From NCBI GenBank assembly GCA_964016885.1, contig OZ024740.1, positions 174,902,001 to 174,966,000 on the forward strand: a stretch of DNA of 64,000 nt. Direction: 5' to 3'. This document shows positions 56,268 through 64,000 of the stretch, one piece after another; position 1 is the first letter of the stretch; each line of letters opens with the position of its first letter. Under the pieces are notes generated by a model. It did not search any database. It was not told the DNA's origin and was given only the letters and a program-made list of their open reading frames with translations. Position numbers and translations under genes: made by a program. The stretch comes from Eledone cirrhosa. Lineage: Eukaryota.

Positions 56268-57435
56268 ATAATAATAAATGCGAAGACTAAAATCCAAAGA
56301 GGGCTCGATAAGGATAATTAGATAATTATATATTAAATATATAAGAACCCCAGAGAAAATATTTATTAAAATAACAGATTAAAGTTTAAGCAAAGAATCG
56401 CTGCTTTCATCCTTAACGGGATCTTCTGAAACCAAACAAAATTCAATCTGTGAACGCAGAGGTAAATATTTCGAAAAACGTTGTTACCGAAGGAAAACAG
56501 GAAGACGACACTTTGGTTCGTGAAGACGTTCCCTGGCAATGAACGGAAAAAAGCGGAGATAATACGTCGTTATGTGGATCGCTGAGAACAATTACACGCA
56601 AAGACAAAACCACGTTTATGGTATAAATGGAGTCATTAAACTAATATTCTATTTAGGTAACCGAATGATTTTCGGCTTCGGAGTTAAGAATAATGTAAAT
56701 AAAGTAGTTGAACCAGAATGACAGAGGTTATTAAAATCATAAAAGTAATAATAATTAAATATATACACATATCTAAATAGTACATACACGTGCATACGCA
56801 AAATACACGCCATGCATGCATATACATGCACGTACACATAAACACGCGCTCACGTACGTAAACCGGCGCGACACATATACCCGCACACATACGGACATAT
56901 ATATCAAATACACATATAAATATGTGTGTGTGTGTATTTATATATGTATATATAATTATATATACATATATAAATATACCCGCATAAATGCGCATGTAAC
57001 GCACACACATACATACCTACAGGTAAATACACATGTTCACCAAACGTGAACTAAAACCTATCTTCACAACTACGCACCATACATACGTGCAAACACACAT
57101 ACACACTCATACATACCCATATATACACATATACAAACCTTACAGCTTACAGCAACACATACACATACCCAACGATAATCTACGTCTTGATGTGGTAGCT
57201 AAGTATATTTTATGTTTATACCATTACTTATTTGTATAGTAAGTATACCTTACCCGTATGTTTGTGGAGGTACGTATATATGCTTGTTTATGTTATAGGA
57301 GTATATATTATATATATTAGTGTGTGTGTATATAGTTATGTGTATGTGTGTGTATATTTGTATGCGTATATGCGTGTGTGTATATATGTATTTGTGTATA
57401 TTTATTTATGTATATTTATGTGTATATTGTATATT

Positions 57436-57498
<63 letters not shown>

Positions 57499-58616
57499 AA
57501 TATGGGTGAGAAGAATACTGCTGGTTGCACATGGATAACATGTTATAAAATGAGTCCCTCATCAGTGATTTACCAAACGATCATGGGTATTTCATCGCAT
57601 TAAAAATCATATACCTCACGTTGGAGCGATAATAACTAAAATAAGTTACTAGGACATATATATATATTTTTTTGACATTATATTTTTTCTTCATTATATT
57701 TTCTTCTTTCTTCTCTCCTTCCGTGCTCGTATTAAACCTATTATTTACTTTTTCATATTACAATACATAAAAACAAACTTAAACACTAACTAATTCCTCT
57801 AAGTTCATAATTCATTTAATATCTTCTTCATTCACCTTATATCCTTAATATTTTTATTTTAATAATACATATTAATAAATTCCTTTTCGCACATATTATT
57901 AAACCCTTCAATATATAAACCTTAAATAAATACTATTCTTAATTCCTTTTTCTTTAATCATAAACATCACTATTCATAAACTTCATTAACTTTTAATTTC
58001 AAAATTTTTTTAAATTTATACCTAGACTGGATTTCTGATGACACCGAGCTCACATATTAATTATTTCGCTGGAATAGTGCCTAAGGTGTTCATGTTTACA
58101 TAAAGTACGTTTTTCTTCTATGTATTCAAATTTACTTTGTTTAGTTTAATGAGCTACATCGAAAGCTACTTGAACCGTCCAAAGGACGGGTAGTTTAGCT
58201 AGTACACATATATATACTATCGCACTCCCACTCACTCAGTCCCTGTTTCTCCCCTTCTTTCTTCCTCCCGTTCGCTGGGAAAAGGGTTTTCACTCTTTCT
58301 AACACCGGATTCACTAGCGAAAGGTCTGTTTTCTGACTCGCTCATATATTCACACAGCTTATGCTGAAAGAATAACTATGTTGCTTGTATTTATTTCCAT
58401 CTTCGGTTAGCTTCCCCCCGTGTTGTTTACTTGTCTCACTCGCTTTACGCGTTTCTATTGTCCTAATAACTTATTTTAGTTATTATCGCTCCAACGTGAG
58501 GTATATGATTTTTAATGCGATGAAATACCCATGATCGTTTGGTAAATCACTGATGAGGGACTCATTTTATAACATGTTATCCATGTGCAACCAGCAGTAT
58601 TCTTCTCACCCATATT

Positions 58617-58673
<57 letters not shown>

Positions 58674-59749
58674 AATATACAATATACACATAAATATACA
58701 TAAATAAATATACACAAATACATATATACACACACGCATATACGCATACAAATATACACACACATACACATAACTATATACACACACACTAATATATATA
58801 ATATATACTCCTATAACATAAACAAGCATATATACGTACCTCCACAAACATACGGGTAAGGTATACTTACTATACAAATAAGTAATGGTATAAACATAAA
58901 ATATACTTAGCTACCACATCAAGACGTAGATTATCGTTGGGTATGTGTATGTGTTGCTGTAAGCTGTAAGGTTTGTATATGTGTATATATGGGTATGTAT
59001 GAGTGTGTATGTGTGTTTGCACGTATGTATGGTGCGTAGTTGTGAAGATAGGTTTTAGTTCACGTTTGGTGAACATGTGTATTTACCTGTAGGTATGTAT
59101 GTGTGTGCGTTACATGCGCATTTATGCGGGTATATTTATATATGTATATATAATTATATATACATATATAAATACACACACACACATATTTATATGTGTA
59201 TTTGATATATATGTCCGTATGTGTGCGGGTATATGTGTCGCGCCGGTTTACGTACGTGAGCGCGTGTTTATGTGTACGTGCATGTATATGCATGCATGGC
59301 GTGTATTTTGCGTATGCACGTGTATGTACTATTTAGATATGTGTATATATTTAATTATTATTACTTTTATGATTTTAATAACCTCTGTCATTCTGGTTCA
59401 ACTACTTTATTTACATTATTCTTAACTCCGAAGCCGAAAATCATTCGGTTACCTAAATAGAATATTAGTTTAATGACTCCATTTATACCATAAACGTGGT
59501 TTTGACTTTGTGTGTAATTGTTCTCAGCGATCCACATAACGACGTATTATCTCCGCTTTTTTCCGTTCATTGCCAGGGAACGTCTTCACGAACCAAAGTG
59601 TCGTCTTCCTGTTTTCCTTCGGTAACAACGTTTTTCGAAATATTTACCTCTGCGTTCACAGATTGAATTTTGTTTGGTTTCAGAAGATCCCGTTAAGGAT
59701 GAAAGCAGCGATTCTTTGCTTAAACTTTAATCTGTTATTTTAATAAATA
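56265..59749. mobile_element. 3.5-kb family E insert: ~1.29-kb near-identical inverted arms (56360-57656 / 58459-59749), ~800-bp spacer, ~95-nt tail
   Basis: Mirror-image ORFs in the track. Hammerhead-like motifs at 56383-56433 (-) and 59676-59726 (+). Tail 56265-56359 is homologous to 47412-47505. Confidence 0.85.
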
Positions 59750-59750
59750 C

Positions 59751-59808
<58 letters not shown>

Positions 59809-59882
59809 TAAAAATGTTTCATCTTGGTGTTATATGTCTGAATTATTGTCGGCTTTTTGCTTACATTAATTTCTCTATTTTC

Positions 59883-59926
<44 letters not shown>

Positions 59927-60069
59927 AGGGTTATATATATATGTAATCTGAATTTTTCGAATATTGATAATAATATTCGATTCGTTTGCAATTGTGCAAA
60001 CATCCCTCTTTAAAGCCATGTCAGTAGAATGACCCCGTAATTCTTGCTCTTGTGTTGGCACACACATAC

Positions 60070-60133
<64 letters not shown>

Positions 60134-60137
<4 letters not shown>

Positions 60138-60714
60138 AACGAGTAGGACCCCGACGGCTGAGCTCAAGCCGTTTCGACGGCTAATTCTGGACTAAATGAA
60201 AATTTTTATCTTGGTATATGAATAGCCGAGCTTCTCAGGGGGTAATTCCATATATGGTAAAAGTGATTGGTCAAAAGTTTGTTGTTGAGACACATAATTC
60301 TATCATGGCAATTTGTGGAAGGAAGGGGTAGCTGAACCTGCCAGTAGAAGAAAGAGGGAGAGGGCGTGGAGGAAACCCAGTCGCACGATGGGTTTCCTCC
60401 ACCCCCTCTCCCTCTTTCTTCTACTGGCATGTTCAGCTACCCCTTCCTTCCACAAATTGCCATGATAGAATTATGTGTCTCAACAACAAACTTTTGACCA
60501 ATCACTTTTACCATATATGGAATTACCCCCTGAGAAGCTCGGCTATTCATATACCAGGATAAAAATGTTCATTTAGTCCAGAATTAGCCGTCGAAATGAC
60601 TTGAGCTCAGCCGTCGGGGTCCTACTCGTTTCTATTACCCACTCTACTACCCTAAGTATTGAGTACTTTAGTGCGTTATGGTCCACCTGGTTCCTTACCA
60701 CATTTCCTTCGTTA
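60134..60714. mobile_element. Family D fold-back insert (longest copy) with hammerhead-like motifs at 60148-60243 (-) and 60525-60620 (+)
   Basis: ~230-bp arms. ACCCC-CTGAGAA-..CGGCTA/TAGCCG..-GAAA-CGGC..GCC-GTC-GGGGT. About 80-nt tail. TA flanks. Confidence 0.8.
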
Positions 60715-61013
60715 TATATATATATATATATATAAATGAAAAGTATAGAAATTGTTGTAGCGAGAAGCTAACAATATTCTATAACATATATGTGACTATA
60801 GCGTCAAAATGGGAAAATAGTTAACATAAGATATGGGGAAAATAATTCAGACTCAATTCAAAAGGAATCAGGATATAGATTTATCCAACAGAATTTAGAG
60901 AAATCCAGGGAAAAATCAATAGAGCCTTAACTCATGATAAAACAAAGTCTAAAGTACTCAACCTTCAATTTGGGACAACTTTAAATGTTCTGTATAGTCT
61001 TGAAAAGACTATT

Positions 61014-61092
<79 letters not shown>

Positions 61093-61619
61093 ATGTTGTT
61101 AATACGAAGCATTGAGATATGTAGTAAATGACCTATAAGATAATTTTTAAAGCAGGTACAATGAGGTAGCTAAAACGAAGGGCAAATGATGACAAATGAA
61201 ACAAAACAAAACGAAGTAATGTTTTACCCAATGTATTTTAGAATGATATTTCAGGGCTAATACCCTCTTTTCAGATGCGAAGCTGAAACAGTCCAAGACA
61301 AAACAAACGAACAATCAGTATTTTCAGAGTCTGGTAATGTCTTTTCCAACTGGGTGTACTGGAATACCGTAAAATAAAGTGTCGTGCACAAGGACACAAC
61401 GCGTCACCGGGAATCGACCTCATGACTTTACGATTGTAAACCGAACACCCTAACCACTAAGCCATTTACCTTCATACGATCAACGTACTTCGAAGCGAAA
61501 GACTGTGTCACCGTACTATTTCATTATAATGTAGAGCAAAAGACAAGTGATAATGTTAATACTTCAGAGAGTAAAATAAATCCATACTAATCTCTAATAA
61601 ACAGATAAACAGATATACG

Positions 61620-61655
<36 letters not shown>

Positions 61656-64000
61656 TGTGTGCACATACATCCATACATACATACACATTTCTAGTAATTT
61701 CTCTAGAGGAGATTATCAAATGAATAGATTGTCTCAATTGTTATCTGACTGTTGCTGTTGCTGAGCTGTAATTGTTGTATATCATTTATTTATTTATCTA
61801 TTTATTCATTGTCTACAGCAACAACAACAAGAGCAACATCAACACCAATAACAAACATCAGATAACATTACTTGGACACAAAATCGACTAATGATATTGG
61901 ATGATAACAAAAGCAAAGCAAAAAAGCAGACTGTAATAATTTAATGAAAAGAAATCATCATTCTCATCATCATCATCATGGTGGTGGTGATGGTGGACTT
62001 GGCGACGATGCAGACGATGAAAAATTTTTTTTCTACCATTGGCACAAGGCCAGCAATTTCAGAGAGAGTGGAAAGTCGATTATATCGACCCAGTATTTGA
62101 CTGGTACTGCATTTTATCGGCCCCAGAAGCATGAAAAACAAAGCTGACCTAGGTGGGATTTGAAATCATAATGTAAAGTGTTGGAACAATTACTTTAAGG
62201 CATTTTTCCGGTGCTCTAACGGTTCTGCTAATTAATCGTCCTAACAACAACAAATAACAATTATAATTCTTTCTAATTTAGCAACAATGAAAATTAGAGA
62301 AATTAATGGAAAAGATTGAAATCTTAAACTTTTTGATATCAAACGCCCCCTGATTCTACAATTCAAAACGTTTTGTTTTAAAGTGTTTATATTTATCTAC
62401 AAACCTTCCATCACAATCTTCAGTAAAAAAACAAAACATTTCTTCTAAACTCCGGCCTAATAACGAGAAAGTTAATTAAATTACTAAACCCTTCCAAATC
62501 CTAGATTATTTTCAAAACTATTTGAAAAGTATAGACATTGTCTTAGATTAGAATATGATGACGAAAGGGATAAAAAGTTAAAAAAACAAAAACGAATTCA
62601 TTGGTAAAGGCTACAGCCTGATCTGTATGGATATCTCTTACACAGATTGAGTTGTTCACATTGAAACTGTGATAGACCGATTTGAAATTTCTGGCAAATA
62701 ATCTATTCTACGCTGTAGATTAATATTTTAGTTTTTCAGCTATGGTTGTGAGTTATTGTTTCAATTGATGTAATTTGGGGTTTATGTTTTAACTCCTATA
62801 TCGCCAAATCGCCTCTCTTGTGTCTCTCCTAATTCTTTCTTGTGATGTGTGAAATTGTTGTCTGCGTTTCTATTTAAATTACCAGGATCTGCGAAATACT
62901 TGTCCTCAGGAATAAAATTATATTTCAGAAGGTGTGTGCCCACGCTGGCTCGGTCGTTTTGCTTTTATCTCGATTGCACGGTTTAAGCTCCTTACGATAT
63001 ATATATTAAGGCATTTATGGCTTCGTATTTAAATTCTATACTTCTGAATTTGAGGCCAATTTCAGATTTTGCTTCCTTGTTAGGGACTTCCTTAATTTTA
63101 CCGCAAATTCAGCTGTGAGGACTAAAGTTCCCACGAGCTGCCAGTCTTAAACTTCTCTGTTATGGCCTGGAGGATAATAATAAGCAAGTGGGGACTGAGG
63201 ATAGATCACAAAGCTCCAGGAAGCTTGAGGCCTCCTCATTTCTTTTCCCAAACCCAAGGCCTCAATGAAAACAAAGAAAGCCCTCACTGTTGTTCAGCAT
63301 GTCCATTAAAATCGTTATTTGTTAACGACAACGTAGAGTTAGCAAAAGTGGTCCCCCAGTTCCTCTGCCGGTCCAGGTTGTAGAGTATAAGCAGAGATAA
63401 TTGTCACATTTGTTTTATCTAAGCTGTATGATTTTATCACTCACTCTAACTACTTCAAATATCTACTCCACCCACCCCGTGATTGTTGCTTACCCAGAAA
63501 GACTTGTAGCATTGGCTTTGTTTTTCGTGTGGAGTCTAGCTGAGCCTCCTCTTCCTCTAGTCTGTCACCCAACTTACCTTTAATCGGGCAAACGTTGACG
63601 TCTGCATTTACGAAGTTCTGAAACTCACAGAAAAAGAGACGATTTCGGTGAGTGGGAGGGTTAGTGTTGTCTCACTTTGCCTCAAATGAATAACAGGAAT
63701 TGTATATCCGTCTGGCCAAGTTTCAAATGTTCATGAGCATGATGACTTGTTCCAGCCTTTAACTGATCTATCATGTATTTCCTCAAACACTAACAGTATA
63801 CTGTCATTTAATATCAATAGCATGTCTAGTAGTTACATAAACCCTTTGGTTGTGGCACATTGTTATTTTATTGGTTTATTGCTACCGTTATTTGATTGGT
63901 CTAACTGATATTGGTACAGGTAGTGGTGTCAGAAGGTATTATAGGGTTAAGTCAGCGGCAGGCGAAGATGCATATTTGAACTTACTTGAGGGGTTACTAC

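Noticed and set aside
58515-58565. GAAA..CTGATGA as a permuted hammerhead (mirror copy at ~57550-57600)
   Set aside because: Could not form stem I, stem II and an NUH site consistently.
62600-64000. Possible host exons or LINE remnant, including a minus-strand GTAAGT donor near 63985
   Set aside because: No sustained ORF or recognisable motif, and the window ends before the candidate exon can be assessed.

Overview
Eukaryotic, AT-rich, almost entirely repeat-derived DNA. The SINE families and the (TA)n/(TACA)n microsatellites suggest a cephalopod, probably Octopus (inference). No complete host gene is visible; there is one candidate first coding exon at 5857-5930 (-). Decayed transposons include RTE LINEs (one with an inverted 5' part), a near full-length CRE-clade retrotransposon interrupted by a solo LTR, a complete-ended Chapaev3-like DNA transposon (TIRs plus TTA TSD), Helitrons, a Tc1/mariner relic, an R4/Dong-like fragment and many tRNA-derived SINEs. 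The dominant hidden signal is a Penelope-like (Naiad-type) retroelement system inserted in (TA)n tracts. It comprises four RT/GIY-YIG ORF remnants and about 17 type I hammerhead ribozyme motifs from at least 9 sequence families, read by eye. Several have non-canonical cores, palindromic stem III or very long stem II. Most of these inserts share one architecture: both ends are element 3' ends facing outward, at two family-specific points about 60-100 nt apart just downstream of the hammerhead. Two small non-coding inserts are circularly permuted inverted dimers, which suggests a circular or multimeric RNA template. All coordinates and pairings were read manually and need computational confirmation.
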